A stretch of 49,511 nt of DNA from Dehalococcoidia bacterium (GCA_041494685.1 JBGQBE010000005.1:62001-111511), one strand, 5' to 3'. Numbered from the stretch's first letter, positions 37,204-47,525 are shown. The notes: generated by a model not told the origin, from the sequence alone. Translations and numbers: made by a program.

Positions 37204-38253
37204 CTACTCGAAGAGCGTGCGCTGCGGCGTGGGGGCTGCGGCTGGCGGCGCGATGCCCAGGTGCTCGTAGGCGAGACGGGTGGCCTGACGGCCGCGCGGC
37301 GTGCGCTGCAAGAAGCCGCACTGCATCAGGTACGGCTCGTACACGTCCATGATCGTGTCGGCCTCCTCGCTGATCGAGGCGGCGATCGTCTCCAGGCCCA
37401 CGGGACCGCCGTCGAACTTCTCGATGATCGTGCGGAGGACGCGATAGTCGACGCTGTCGAGTCCGAGATGGTCGATCTCCAGCCGGGCCAGCGCCTCGGC
37501 CGCAACGCTCTCCGTGATCACGCCGTCGGCCTTCACCTGCGCGTAGTCGCGCACGCGGCGCAGCAGGCGGTTAGCGACGCGCGGCGTGCCGCGCGCCCGG
37601 CGGGCGATCGCGAGCGTGCCGGCTTCGTCGATCTCGACGCCGAGGATCGACGCGGAGCGGCGGATGATCTGCGAGAGCGCGTCGACGTGGTGGAAGTCGA
37701 GGCGGTACACGGCGCCGAAGCGGTCGCGCAGCGGCGGCGACATCATGGCGTAGCGCGTGGTGGCGCCGATCAGCGTGAACGGCTTGAGGGCAAGGCGGAT
37801 GCTGCGGGCGCCGGGCCCCTTGCCCGTGACCCAGTCGATGGCGGAATCCTCCAGCGCGGGGTAGAGGAACTCCTCGACGACGCGGGAGAGGCGGTGGATC
37901 TCGTCCACGAAGAGGATATCGCCGGCGTTGAGGCTGGTGAGGATCGCGGCAAGGTCCCCGATGCGCTCGATAGCGGGGCCGGAGGTGACGCGGATGCTCA
38001 CCTGCATCTCGGCGGCGATGATGTACGCCAGGGTGGTCTTGCCGAGGCCGGGCGGGCCGTACAGCAGCACATGGTCCAGCGGCTCGCCGCGGCCACGGGC
38101 GGCGGCGATGCTGATGCTGATGTTGTCCTTGACCTTCTCCTGGTTGATGTACTCGTCGATGCGGCGCGGCCGCAGCGACGTGTCAGCCTGGATATCGCCT
38201 TCCAGCGGTTCGCCGGTGACGACGCGTTCGGATTCGGACTGCGGCTTCGCCAT
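37204..38253 (-). CDS. ruvB: Holliday junction branch migration helicase RuvB
   Basis: [44 protein letters not shown] and RTPRGR motifs. Confidence 0.98.
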   Translation of the reverse strand: MAKPQSESERVVTGEPLEGDIQADTSLRPRRIDEYINQEKVKDNISISIAAARGRGEPLDHVLLYGPPGLGKTTLAYIIAAEMQVSIRVTSGPAIERIGDLAAILTSLNAGDILFVDEIHRLSRVVEEFLYPALEDSAIDWVTGKGPGARSIRLALKPFTLIGATTRYAMMSPPLRDRFGAVYRLDFHHVDALSQIIRRSASILGVEIDEAGTLAIARRARGTPRVANRLLRRVRDYAQVKADGVITESVAAEALARLEIDHLGLDSVDYRVLRTIIEKFDGGPVGLETIAASISEEADTIMDVYEPYLMQCGFLQRTPRGRQATRLAYEHLGIAPPAAAPTPQRTLFE

Positions 38254-38339
38254 CGAGGCATGATAGCGCATCTTCCGAACATCTGAGCGGGTTTGCGGTA
38301 GCTTCGGCCTCGCCCGCGGATAGCGTAGAGTTCCCCTCG

Positions 38340-39077
38340 ATGACGCCAGAGCAGATCGCGGCGCGGGAGAAGCAGCTGTTGGGATCGCCGTTGCGGCGGT
38401 TCATGCAGTCGGTGGCGGGACAGATCCTGTCGACGACGCCGGTGTACAGCCTGCCTCGCGAGATGCTGATGCAGGCGGACCACCGCGTGCTCGAAGTGGG
38501 GTGCGGCGCCGGCAGCCGCCTGCTGCTGTTCGACCAGAAGCTGCGCTTCCAGCACGCGCCCGTCGCCGGCGTCGAGCCATCGCCGCGGCTGGCCGCGCGC
38601 GCGGAGGCCGCGTTCCGGCGCGGCGCACGGCCACTCAACGCGGTGCTGGCGGATCCGGGCGCGCTCCCGTTCGCCGACGGCGTCTTCGACGTGGCGTTCT
38701 GCGATGACCTGCTGCGCTTCCTGGACGTCCGCGGCGCGCAGGCCGCGCTGCGCGAGATCGCGCGCGTGCTGCGGCCCGGGTCACTGCTGCTGGCATGGGA
38801 GCTTGCGCCGGCGGACGGGCGCTTCCGCTGGTGGCAGCGATGGTGGCTACGGGGCTACGGCGGGCGCATCGCCAGCGAGAAGAGCCTGATGTCGCTGGCG
38901 GAGCGGAGCGGCTTCGCCTACACGCGGGAGGCGCGGTTGCGGCCGTGGCTCTGGCCGCCGGTGCCGCGCGCGTCGTTCGTCGCCGGCACGCTGGCACCCG
39001 GCTGGCGCCGCGAGGGCGACAACCTGATCCCGCCCGACGAAGAGGGCGGCGAAGGTCAGCCGCCAGAGGCCGGCTGA
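38340..39077 (+). CDS. Class I SAM-dependent methyltransferase
   Basis: [18 protein letters not shown] and EIARVLRPG motifs. Confidence 0.85.
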   Translation: MTPEQIAAREKQLLGSPLRRFMQSVAGQILSTTPVYSLPREMLMQADHRVLEVGCGAGSRLLLFDQKLRFQHAPVAGVEPSPRLAARAEAAFRRGARPLNAVLADPGALPFADGVFDVAFCDDLLRFLDVRGAQAALREIARVLRPGSLLLAWELAPADGRFRWWQRWWLRGYGGRIASEKSLMSLAERSGFAYTREARLRPWLWPPVPRASFVAGTLAPGWRREGDNLIPPDEEGGEGQPPEAG

Positions 39078-39084
39078 CCTTGCT

Positions 39085-39681
39085 CTATCGCTGAGCGTGA
39101 TACAAGCCGTGCTTGGTGATGTACTCCGCGACGGCGTCCGGGACCTGGTAGCGGACGCTGCGGCCTGCTGCGACACGGGCGCGGATCTCGGTCGACGAGA
39201 TCTCGATCCTCGGCGCGGCGAAGCGGCGGATGCGGTCGGCGATGCCGGGGATGGCCACCGAAGCAACGTCCGTGTCACGGCCGCCGCGCGGCGCCACCGC
39301 CAGCAGCGCGTGCGCGACGATGCGTTGCGGCTCGTGCCACTGCGGCAGATCCGCCAGCGCGTCCGCCCCGACGATGAAGTAGAACTCGTCGTCCAGGCGC
39401 TCGCCGGCCAGGGCTTCGAGCGTGTCGGCGGTATACGTGGGTCCCGAACGTCGCAGTTCGATGTCGCTGATGCCGAAGTCCTCGTTGCCGGCGATCGCCA
39501 GCTCCAGCAAGGCAAGGCGGTGCTCCGCCGGCGTGATGACGCGGTGGCTCTTCCGCCACGGCTCGCGCGCCGGCACGAACAGCACCTCGTCCAGCGACAA
39601 CTCCTCGCGCGCGCACTCCGCCAGCAGCAGGTGCCCGAGGTGCACCGGGTCGAACGTGCCCCCGAGAATACCTACTCGCAC
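39085..39681 (-). CDS. nadD: Nicotinate-nucleotide adenylyltransferase
   Basis: GGTFDPVHLGH, YTADT, FIVGADA and ISSTEIR motifs. Start GTG 39681 (alternative 39714). Confidence 0.95.
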   Translation of the reverse strand: MRVGILGGTFDPVHLGHLLLAECAREELSLDEVLFVPAREPWRKSHRVITPAEHRLALLELAIAGNEDFGISDIELRRSGPTYTADTLEALAGERLDDEFYFIVGADALADLPQWHEPQRIVAHALLAVAPRGGRDTDVASVAIPGIADRIRRFAAPRIEISSTEIRARVAAGRSVRYQVPDAVAEYITKHGLYHAQR

Positions 39682-39716
39682 GCCGGCTGCCGCTTTGGGG
39701 GGCGCGCTGAACACGT

Positions 39717-39798
39717 GGAACAGACAACAGAGAGCAGACAGCAGGACGCTGCACGCGCCGGCGTCCTGCTGTTGTCTGTTGTCTGTTGTCTGTTGTCC
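39717..39798. repeat. Inverted heptamer-repeat (ACAACAG/ACAGCAG) hairpin element
   Basis: Four heptamers, then GACGC..GCGTC, then complementary CTGCTGT/CTGTTGT units; lies between obgE and nadD. Confidence 0.75.
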
Positions 39799-39802
39799 AC
39801 CG

Positions 39803-41071
39803 TCACTCCTGCCACTTCAGTTCGATGTCGCCGAAGCGCACCGGGTCGCCTTCGCGGGCGCCGGCGCGACGCAGAGCGGCGACGACGCCCATGCGGCCGA
39901 GTCGGCGCATCGCCTCGGCGCGCGACTCGTCGGACTGGAGCGCCATCATCTCGACCAGCACGACGGGCTGGTCGCCCACGACCCGGTACGCGTCATCCTC
40001 GCGCTCGATGCGGAAGCGGGCGCCGCGGGGCTCCGGCCGAAGGACGGCTACGCCCTCCGCCTCGGGCGTGGGCTGAGGCTGCTCCTCGCGGATGCGTTCC
40101 AGCTTCTCGAAGGCTATCTTCGCCAGCTCGGCCGTGCCCTGCCGCGCGGCGGCGGACATGAACACGCAGGGGCGACCCAGCCGGTCCGCGATCACGATCA
40201 GCTCACCGCGCCGTGCCTCCGCCTCCGGGATATCCATCTTGTTGAAGGCGATGATCTGCGGCCGCGTGCCCAGCTCGGGCGCGTACGAGCGCAGTTCCTC
40301 GTCGATGACGGCGATGTCGTGGGCCGGGTTCGGCTGCGACGCGTCGACGACATGCACAAGCAGCCGCGTGCGCTCGACGTGGCGGAGGAACTGCTGACCG
40401 AGACCGTGGCCCAGGTGCGCGCCCTCGATCAGTCCCGGGATGTCGGCCATGACGTACGAGTCGTAGCCCACCTCGACGACGCCGAGGTTCGGCTCGAGCG
40501 TGGTGAACGGGTAGTCCGCGATCTTCGGCGTCGCGCGAGAAACGGCCGCGAGCAGCGTCGATTTGCCGGCGTTGGGCAGGCCGACGAGGCCGACGTCCGA
40601 CAGGAGTTTGAGTTCCAGCTCGACGCGAAGCTCCTCGCCGCGCTGCCCGGTCTCCGAGATGTGGGGCGCCTGGTTGCTCGGTGAGGCGAAGTGCTGGTTG
40701 CCGCGGCCGCCGCGCCCCCCTTCCGCCACGGTGACGCGCTCGCCCTCTTCGATCAGCTCGGCGATCACGTCACCGGTAGCCGCGTTGCGCGCGATGGTGC
40801 CCGGCGGCACCCGCAGTTCCAGATCCGCTCCGTTGCGGCCGTGCTTCTTACTCGCAGCGCCGTTGCCACCGCGCTCCGCCTTGTATTGCTTCTGGTAGCG
40901 GAACTGGCCCAGACCGTTCACCGCGCGGTCCGCGATGAGCACAACATCGCCGCCGCGGCCGCCATCACCGCCGTCGGGACCGCCGCGAGTCACGAATTTC
41001 TCACGGTGAAAACTGATGAGCCCATGCCCACCATCTCCAGCTTTCAGATGGATTTCAGCGCGATCAATCAA
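39803..41071 (-). CDS. obgE: GTPase ObgE/CgtA
   Basis: GGPDGGDGG Obg fold, GLPNAGKS, YPFTT, DIPG and NKMD motifs; C-terminal OCT domain; TTG start. Confidence 0.97.
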   Translation of the reverse strand: MIDRAEIHLKAGDGGHGLISFHREKFVTRGGPDGGDGGRGGDVVLIADRAVNGLGQFRYQKQYKAERGGNGAASKKHGRNGADLELRVPPGTIARNAATGDVIAELIEEGERVTVAEGGRGGRGNQHFASPSNQAPHISETGQRGEELRVELELKLLSDVGLVGLPNAGKSTLLAAVSRATPKIADYPFTTLEPNLGVVEVGYDSYVMADIPGLIEGAHLGHGLGQQFLRHVERTRLLVHVVDASQPNPAHDIAVIDEELRSYAPELGTRPQIIAFNKMDIPEAEARRGELIVIADRLGRPCVFMSAAARQGTAELAKIAFEKLERIREEQPQPTPEAEGVAVLRPEPRGARFRIEREDDAYRVVGDQPVVLVEMMALQSDESRAEAMRRLGRMGVVAALRRAGAREGDPVRFGDIELKWQE

Positions 41072-41333
41072 AGTGCAGGCCTTCGGATCGAGAATCTCTC
41101 ATCGATCAGTATAAGGGTGTTGGAAGGGTGGGATCGGGGGAAAGTGAATCTGGGGATATGCGGGTAACCACTCAACAGTACACAATATGTAAAGCCGATA
41201 CTACTGTCGGGTTTGACAGTGTGGGGTAGAATAACCCCAGTACCGCGCAGGGCGTGGTCATCGGGCCCACTGATCGGTGGGCCTTCTGTTGGTCGGCGAC
41301 GGGCAGAGCGCCGGATAGTAGGAGTAGGGGAGC

Positions 41334-42578
41334 ATCAGGGGCACGCTCAGCCCGCGCTCGTTCCGAGATTCTCGAGCGCGTTTCCCACGCAGCAGGACAG
41401 CTGTTCCCACCGCGCATGAGGCGCGGAAGAAGCACAGGCCCTTCACGCACGGCCTGGTACTGGCCGCTATCTTTCTCGCAGTCGCATACGCGTCGCTGAC
41501 CGGCGGCGCATTCCGCAGCCATACGTCGGCATTCGCGGCGCCTGTCACCGGGCTATCGCTGCCAGGCGTGAGTTCCAGCATCCCCACTACCGACCAGACC
41601 GTCCTCCGCCCGGCGGCGATCAACAAGACGTTGCGTGCGGAGCAGCCGGTCCCCCAGAAGCAACAGGAAGTGGCGCAGCAACTGGCGACGCTGTACGCCA
41701 CGCCAACATCGCAGCCGCCGTCGACGCAAGACGACGCGGTGCTGCGCGCGGCGGCGGTGGCACGCACGCCGGACCTGCCCCCGTACCAGGTCTACAAGGT
41801 GGAAGACGGCGACACCGTCTCCTCCATCGCGGCGAAGTTCAGTGTCAGCGCCGACTACATCACGGCGAACAACGCCGAGATCCAGAACGCCGACCTGCTG
41901 ACCCTGGGCCAGTCGATCATCATCCCGGCGGGCAACGGGATCCTGCATGAGGTGCGCTACGGCGAGACGCTGAGCGACATCGCGACGCAGTACGGCGTCA
42001 AGGTCGACGAGATCACCGGCTTCGGGCCGAACCATATCAGCACCCCGGACCAGATCACCGAGACGCAGCTGGTCTTCGTGCCAAACGGCAAGGTCGCGCC
42101 GCCGCCGCCCGCGCCAGCGGCGCAGCCCGCTCCGGGTGCCGGCGGCGGCTCCGCGACGCCGGTACCCAGCGGTGGTGGCGAGCTGGCCACGGGCCCGAAG
42201 TCCGGCCAGGGACTCATGTGGCCGTTCCAGGGGCCGATCTCCAGCTACTACGGCCCGTCGCACCCGCTGGGCATCGACATCGACGGCTTCCACAACCCAA
42301 CGGGATCGGTGGTCGCGGCGACAAGCGGCACGGTGGTCTTCGCCGGCGGCAACGCCTGCTGCTCGTACGGCCTCTACGTCGTGGTCATGAGCCCGAGCGG
42401 CATCGAGACGCTGTATGGGCACCTCAGCTCGATCAGCGTGTCCCAGGGCGAGACGGTGTCGCAGGGCGAGACGGTCGGGGTGATCGGCAGCACAGGCTAC
42501 TCGACAGGCACGCACCTGCACTTCGAGGTGATCGACAACGGCGTACGGCAGAACCCGCTCAATTATCTCCCTGGCTGA
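41334..42578 (+). CDS. LysM x2 plus M23 family peptidoglycan peptidase
   Basis: YKVEDGDTV and HEVRYGETL LysM repeats; HPLGIDI, YGHL and GPHLH-like GTHLHFEV M23 motifs. First canonical start is GTG 41568, but the frame is open to 41328 and encodes a TM segment; ATC 41334 is proposed. Confidence 0.88.
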   Translation: MRGTLSPRSFRDSRARFPRSRTAVPTAHEARKKHRPFTHGLVLAAIFLAVAYASLTGGAFRSHTSAFAAPVTGLSLPGVSSSIPTTDQTVLRPAAINKTLRAEQPVPQKQQEVAQQLATLYATPTSQPPSTQDDAVLRAAAVARTPDLPPYQVYKVEDGDTVSSIAAKFSVSADYITANNAEIQNADLLTLGQSIIIPAGNGILHEVRYGETLSDIATQYGVKVDEITGFGPNHISTPDQITETQLVFVPNGKVAPPPPAPAAQPAPGAGGGSATPVPSGGGELATGPKSGQGLMWPFQGPISSYYGPSHPLGIDIDGFHNPTGSVVAATSGTVVFAGGNACCSYGLYVVVMSPSGIETLYGHLSSISVSQGETVSQGETVGVIGSTGYSTGTHLHFEVIDNGVRQNPLNYLPG

Positions 42579-42595
42579 CCGCTGGTGGCTGGAAC

Positions 42596-42628
42596 AAGAA
42601 GGCCCGGGCGATTCGCCCGGGCCTTCTT
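42596..42628. terminator. Bidirectional intrinsic terminator
   Basis: Perfect 15-bp stem AAGAAGGCCCGGGCG-ATT-CGCCCGGGCCTTCTT between convergent genes. Confidence 0.85.
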
Positions 42629-42658
42629 TGATTCGCGTCGACGGCGGAAGCCTAACCG

Positions 42659-43297
42659 CTAGCGCTTGTAGTCCATCACCATCAGCTGCATCTCTTCCGG
42701 CAGCGAGCTGCGGGTGACGCTGAGCTTCTGGTGCTGGTCCGCGGACTTGGCGCCCATCTCCTTCAGGAAGCGATCCACCGGGTCGAGCTTCGACTTCTCG
42801 GCGTCGGTCTTGAAGTGCATGGGGACGACCAGTTTCGGCTCGATCAGGCTGATCGCCTCGGCGGCGGACGGCGCGTCGAACGCGTCACCGCCCCCGACGG
42901 GCACGAAGAGGATGTCCGCCGCGCCGATCTGCTCGAGCTGGTCGGACGTCGGGACGACGCCGATGCCGCCCAGGTGGCACAGCCGGATGTCTTCGAGTTC
43001 GATGACGTAGGCGATGTTGCGGGGCCCGGCGGCCTTCTGTTCCTTGTCGCGCCAGGTTGCGACGCCCACGACCGACGCGCCGGCGATCTCGAACTCGCCC
43101 GGGCCGTCGATGACGCGCGGCGTGCCGGCGACGGCGTCTACGGCGTTGTGCCCGCGGTCGTCGAAGCTGACGGTGACGAGATCCGCGCTGGGGCGTCCGA
43201 GGCTGTAGCCGGTCGCCTTATCGCACGGGTCGGTGATGACCGTCGCCTCCTTCGCGCGGATGCGAAAGCACGAGTGTCCCAGCCATGTGATCTCCAT
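42659..43297 (-). CDS. MBL-fold metallo-hydrolase (UlaG/Lactamase_B_3-like)
   Basis: ITWLGHSCF, TDP, PGEFEI, FVPVGG and PMH motifs. Confidence 0.85.
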   Translation of the reverse strand: MEITWLGHSCFRIRAKEATVITDPCDKATGYSLGRPSADLVTVSFDDRGHNAVDAVAGTPRVIDGPGEFEIAGASVVGVATWRDKEQKAAGPRNIAYVIELEDIRLCHLGGIGVVPTSDQLEQIGAADILFVPVGGGDAFDAPSAAEAISLIEPKLVVPMHFKTDAEKSKLDPVDRFLKEMGAKSADQHQKLSVTRSSLPEEMQLMVMDYKR

Positions 43298-43454
43298 GGC
43301 GACAGGGTAGCGGCCGGGAATGATCCGCGCGAGTGATCGGCGGCACCAGCCGGCCGCCGCAGAAGCAGAAGCGGCGGGCCTGCCCGGCGCGTTGGCTTAG
43401 GTTGCGCGATCGGCTAGATTAGACGCCGTACCCCGGATGGCCTGAGGTGAGTGG

Positions 43455-45020
43455 ATGAATACCGCCGAATTCCTGCAGATCAGCTCGATGGTCGTGCCCG
43501 ATCGCACGGCGCTTGTGGCCGGCGGCCAGCGCGTTACGTTCATGGAGATGGCGGACCGCGTCAACCGCCTGGCGAACTGGCTGCAGAGCGTCGGCGCGGG
43601 GCCGGATCACCCGGTCGGCGCCATGTCGGTCAACGGCAGCGAGTACATCGAGACGTACTACGCGGCCGCGAAGATCGGCGCCACGTTTGTGCCGCTGAAC
43701 TACCGCGCGAAGCACGAAGAGCTGACGTACATGATCAACACGTCGGACGTGCACGTGTTGTTCGTGGGAGACCGCTACCTGGACCTCGTGGCGGCGCTCC
43801 GCCCAACGCTGACGACGGTGAAGTACTTCGCGTGCTACGAGCGCGCGGTCGAGGACATGCCCGCGTTCGCCGACATCCTGGCGGGCGCCGATCCGGACGA
43901 GCCGTTCGTCGAGGTCGACGAGAGCCGGCCGACGGTGCTGATCTACACGTCCGGCACGACGTCACAGCCGAAAGGCGTGGCGCTGTCGTACCTGAACCTC
44001 TCCGTCTACGTGACCAACACCATGTCTCCCGCCGACCCCTCCGCTGAGGGCGAGGTGACACTGCTCTCCGTGCCGATCTTCCACGTGGCCGGCGTCACGC
44101 CGATCATGTCGTCGGTCTGGGGCGGGCGGACGCTGGTGATCCTGCCCCAGTTCGACCCGAAGCTCTGGCTGGAGGCGGTGCAGAGCGAGCGCGTGACGCA
44201 CAGCTTCGTCGTGCCGACGATGCTGAAGCGGATCATGGACCACCCGGATTTCGCGAAGTACGACCTCAGCTCGTTGAAGCTGATCACGTACGGCGCGGCG
44301 CCGATGCCGTTCGAGGTCGTCAGCAAGGCGGTCGACGTCTTCGACTGCGGCCTGATGAACGCCTATGGCCAGACGGAGAGCACCTCGACGCTCACGTTCC
44401 TGGGGCCGGAGGATCACCAGATCCCGCGCGAGCCGGGGCCGGAGCGAGAGAAGAAGCTGCACCGTCTGCGCTCGGTCGGACGGGGCATGGACGACGTGGT
44501 GATCACGATCCAGGACGAGCAGAACCAGATCCTGGACGCCGGGCACGAGGGCGAGATCTGCGTCATGGGCCCGCGCGTGATGGCCGAGTACCACAAGCAG
44601 GCGGAGGCGACGGCCGCGGCGATCCACGACGGTTGGCTGCACACGGGCGACGTCGGCTACCTGGACGACGAGGGCTATCTGTTCATCACGGGCCGCAAGA
44701 AGGACCTGATCATCCGCGGCGGCGAGAACATCTCCCCCGGCGAGATCGAGGCGGCGCTGGACGAGCACCCGCAGGTGGAGGAGTCCGCGATCATCGGCGT
44801 GCCGGACGTCGAGTGGGGCGAGGTGATCAAGGCGATCATCGTGCCGAAGCCGGGTCCGAAGCCGGATCCTGCCGAAGTCACGCAGTACGTGAAGAAGCAC
44901 CTGGCGAGCTACAAGGCGCCGACGTACTACGCCTTCGTGGGCGAGTTGCCGCGCAACCCGATGGGCAAGGTGCTGAAGACGGAGCTGCGGAAGCTCTACG
45001 GCAAGCCGGGCAACGAGTAG
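43455..45020 (+). CDS. Long-chain-fatty-acid--CoA ligase (ANL family)
   Basis: YTSGTTSQPKG, YGQTE, GWLHTGD, GRKKDLIIRGGENI and LPRNPMGK motifs. Confidence 0.93.
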   Translation: MNTAEFLQISSMVVPDRTALVAGGQRVTFMEMADRVNRLANWLQSVGAGPDHPVGAMSVNGSEYIETYYAAAKIGATFVPLNYRAKHEELTYMINTSDVHVLFVGDRYLDLVAALRPTLTTVKYFACYERAVEDMPAFADILAGADPDEPFVEVDESRPTVLIYTSGTTSQPKGVALSYLNLSVYVTNTMSPADPSAEGEVTLLSVPIFHVAGVTPIMSSVWGGRTLVILPQFDPKLWLEAVQSERVTHSFVVPTMLKRIMDHPDFAKYDLSSLKLITYGAAPMPFEVVSKAVDVFDCGLMNAYGQTESTSTLTFLGPEDHQIPREPGPEREKKLHRLRSVGRGMDDVVITIQDEQNQILDAGHEGEICVMGPRVMAEYHKQAEATAAAIHDGWLHTGDVGYLDDEGYLFITGRKKDLIIRGGENISPGEIEAALDEHPQVEESAIIGVPDVEWGEVIKAIIVPKPGPKPDPAEVTQYVKKHLASYKAPTYYAFVGELPRNPMGKVLKTELRKLYGKPGNE

Positions 45021-45052
45021 CGTCGGTCGCGATACGGGCTGGCACAAGAGAG

Positions 45053-45082
45053 AGAAGGCGGACAGGTCTGTGTCCGCCTTCT
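45053..45082. terminator. Terminator hairpin between convergent genes
   Basis: AGAAGGCGGACA-N6-TGTCCGCCTTCT. Confidence 0.75.
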
Positions 45083-45121
45083 TCTGTAGGCGCGAAATGG
45101 TTGCGCTGCGCTGCCTGCGGC

Positions 45122-46066
45122 CTACTCCTTCTTCGTGATCGCGTCTACCTGCGCCACTTCCTCCGGCGTCAGCCGCCACGACGCGGCGGCGACGTTCGCC
45201 TGCACCTGCTCCGGCTTCGTCGCGCCGGCGATTACGCTGGAGATCTCGCCGTGGCTGGCCAGCCAGCCGATCGCCAGATCCAGCATCGTGTGGCCGCGCT
45301 CCGTGGCGAAGGCTTCGAGCTGCGTGAGCACGCTGAAGTTCTGGTCGTTCAGCATCGACGCGGCGCGCGGGCCCATCGCGGCCAGGCGTGTGCCCTCGGC
45401 CGGCGCCTCGCCCGGTCGGTACTTGCCGGTGAGGAAGCCGCTGGCGAGCGGGAAGTAGGGCAGGACGCCCAGGCCGTACTTCTTCGCGGCGGGCATCAGC
45501 TCGCGCTCGATGCGGCGGTCCAGCAGGTTGTACTGGTTCTGCGCTGAGACGAACTGCGTGAGGCTGCCGCTGCGCGCGACCCACTGCGACTCCACGACCT
45601 GCCAGCCGGTGAAGTTGCTGCAACCGATGTAGCGCACCTTGCCGGCGCGGACGACGTCGTCGAGCGCGCGCATCGTCTCCTCGATCGGCGTCTTCACGTC
45701 GGGAAAGTGCACCTGGTAGAGGTCGATGTAGTCGGTGCCGAGGCGGCGGAGGCTCGCTTCGACCGCTTCGAAGACGTAGCGGCGGGAGGCGCCGGTCCAG
45801 AGCGGGCCGTCGCCCATGGGGCCGGCGAACTTGGTGGCGATGATGACGTTGCGGCGCTGCTCCTTGAGCGCGGCGCCCAGGTACTCCTCCGAGACGCCGC
45901 GGCCGCCGTAGATGTCCGCCGTGTCGAAGAAGTTGATGCCGGCTTCCAGCGCGGCGGCGATCACCGCGTCGGAGGCGGCGCGGTCGCAGCGCATGCCGAA
46001 GTTGTTGCAGCCGAGGCCCGCGACCGAGACCTGCAGGCCCGAATTGCCGAGATTCCTGTACTCCAT
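45122..46066 (-). CDS. Aldo/keto reductase
   Basis: LG.SGL.VS..GLGC, FDTADIYG, IATK, TDYIDLYQVH and GCSN motifs; AAGGAG RBS. Confidence 0.93.
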   Translation of the reverse strand: MEYRNLGNSGLQVSVAGLGCNNFGMRCDRAASDAVIAAALEAGINFFDTADIYGGRGVSEEYLGAALKEQRRNVIIATKFAGPMGDGPLWTGASRRYVFEAVEASLRRLGTDYIDLYQVHFPDVKTPIEETMRALDDVVRAGKVRYIGCSNFTGWQVVESQWVARSGSLTQFVSAQNQYNLLDRRIERELMPAAKKYGLGVLPYFPLASGFLTGKYRPGEAPAEGTRLAAMGPRAASMLNDQNFSVLTQLEAFATERGHTMLDLAIGWLASHGEISSVIAGATKPEQVQANVAAASWRLTPEEVAQVDAITKKE

Positions 46067-46144
46067 GTCGTCCGCTCCTTCTGGCGGACCACCCCGGCCC
46101 GCGATCGATCCTATGGAACGCGGCCCGCGGGGGCAACCGGGGAA

Positions 46145-46208
46145 ACAACAGACAGCAGACAACAGTGGGCCAGTGAGCGTCTGTTCTCTGTTCGCTGCTG
46201 TCTGTTGT
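46145..46208. repeat. Inverted heptamer-repeat hairpin element
   Basis: ACAACAGACAGCAG..CTGCTGTCTGTTGT, a perfect 14-bp inverted repeat, plus extra units. Confidence 0.7.
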
Positions 46209-46364
46209 ACGGCCGGCACGGCCGTTCGGCCATTGCCCTAAGACTGACCCTCCCGTACGATGCCGATCGCTGTCCGAACCCCCGTCCGAGGGCGGCATCG
46301 GCACGGCGCTGTGGGGCCGCGCAGAGACTCCCCGAGTACGCACCATCCTGAAGGAGGCTTCATC

Positions 46365-47300
46365 GTGGGTAACAGGCTTGAGGGCAAAGTAGCGATCGTC
46401 ACCGGCGGCGGCCGCGGCATCGGCCGTGGCGAGGCCCTGGCGCTCGCGCGCGAAGGCGCGCGCGTCATCATCAACGACTTCGGCGGCAGCGCGGCTGGTA
46501 CGGGCGGCGAGAAGGGCCCGGCGGATCAGGTCGTCGCCGAGATCAAGGCGCTGGGTAGCGATGCAGCGGCGAACTACGACAACGTCGCCGACTTCGAGTC
46601 GGGCAACCGCATGGTGCAGCAGGCGATGGACACGTTCGGCCGCCTGGACATCGTGATCAACAACGCCGGCATCCTCCGCGACAAGATGATCTTCAACATG
46701 TCGGAGGAGGAGTGGGACATCGTGCTGGCGGTGCACTTGAAGGGCCACTTCAACCTGAGCAAGCACGCGTCGGTGGTGTTCCGCCAGCAGCGCAGCGGCG
46801 TCTTCGTGCACACGGCGTCGGAGTCGGGCCTGGGCAACCGCGGTCAGGGCAACTACGCCGCGGCGAAGGAAGGCATCGTCGGCCTGTCCCGCACGATCGC
46901 GCGCGACATGGGCGGCTACGGCGTGCGGTCCAACGCCATCCGGCCGCGCGCGGGCACGCGCCTGGTGATCAGCGACGAAATGCGCGCGGCGGCCTCGCGC
47001 GGGGGCGCGGCCGGCATGGGCATGGCCGGGCTGGAGGCCTTCGAGAAGGCGAACCCGCCCGATGGCGTCGGGCCGTTCGTCGTGTGGCTGTGCACCGACG
47101 CCGCGAGCAACGTCAACGGCCGCGACTTCTTGGTGAGCGGCAGCGTCATCGGCCTGTACAGCCTGCCGGAGATCGTCAAGCAGGTGGCGAACACCAGCGG
47201 CAACATCTGGACGCTGGACGAGCTCGACAAGCTCATCCCGGAGCAGGTGACCGGCGACCTGAAGAACATGTGGCCGAAGAAGGAAGAGAAGCCCGCGTAA
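46365..47300 (+). CDS. SDR family oxidoreductase (3-hydroxyacyl-CoA dehydrogenase-like)
   Basis: TGGGRGIG, NNAGILRD and YAAAK motifs; AAGGAGG RBS before GTG. Confidence 0.92.
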   Translation: MGNRLEGKVAIVTGGGRGIGRGEALALAREGARVIINDFGGSAAGTGGEKGPADQVVAEIKALGSDAAANYDNVADFESGNRMVQQAMDTFGRLDIVINNAGILRDKMIFNMSEEEWDIVLAVHLKGHFNLSKHASVVFRQQRSGVFVHTASESGLGNRGQGNYAAAKEGIVGLSRTIARDMGGYGVRSNAIRPRAGTRLVISDEMRAAASRGGAAGMGMAGLEAFEKANPPDGVGPFVVWLCTDAASNVNGRDFLVSGSVIGLYSLPEIVKQVANTSGNIWTLDELDKLIPEQVTGDLKNMWPKKEEKPA

Positions 47301-47327
47301 GTCCGCTGGGCGCCTTCGCTCTCGAGA

Positions 47328-47357
47328 AGAGGCTCCCGCCGTGCGGCGGGAGCCTCT
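47328..47357 (+). terminator. Intrinsic terminator after the SDR gene
   Basis: AGAGGCTCCCGCC-GTGC-GGCGGGAGCCTCT followed by GTTGTTGT. Confidence 0.8.
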
Positions 47358-47525
47358 GTTGTTGTGGCGCGGTGCGGGCAAGCGGGCCGTCGCCCGTCTC
47401 GCCCGGGCGTGGGTGATTCGATACGATAGGCTGCGCCGCGCGCCCTGGGCACGCGGCGGCTTCGCCGAGCGGCACGGATGCCGCCCGGCGCCTTGCACGC
47501 CGGCACGAGGCCCCCGGAGAACAGC

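Noticed and set aside
41172..41330. c-di-AMP or other riboswitch upstream of the M23 peptidase
   Set aside because: Hairpins are present, but I could not match conserved ydaO or c-di-GMP motifs by eye. An Rfam scan would be needed.
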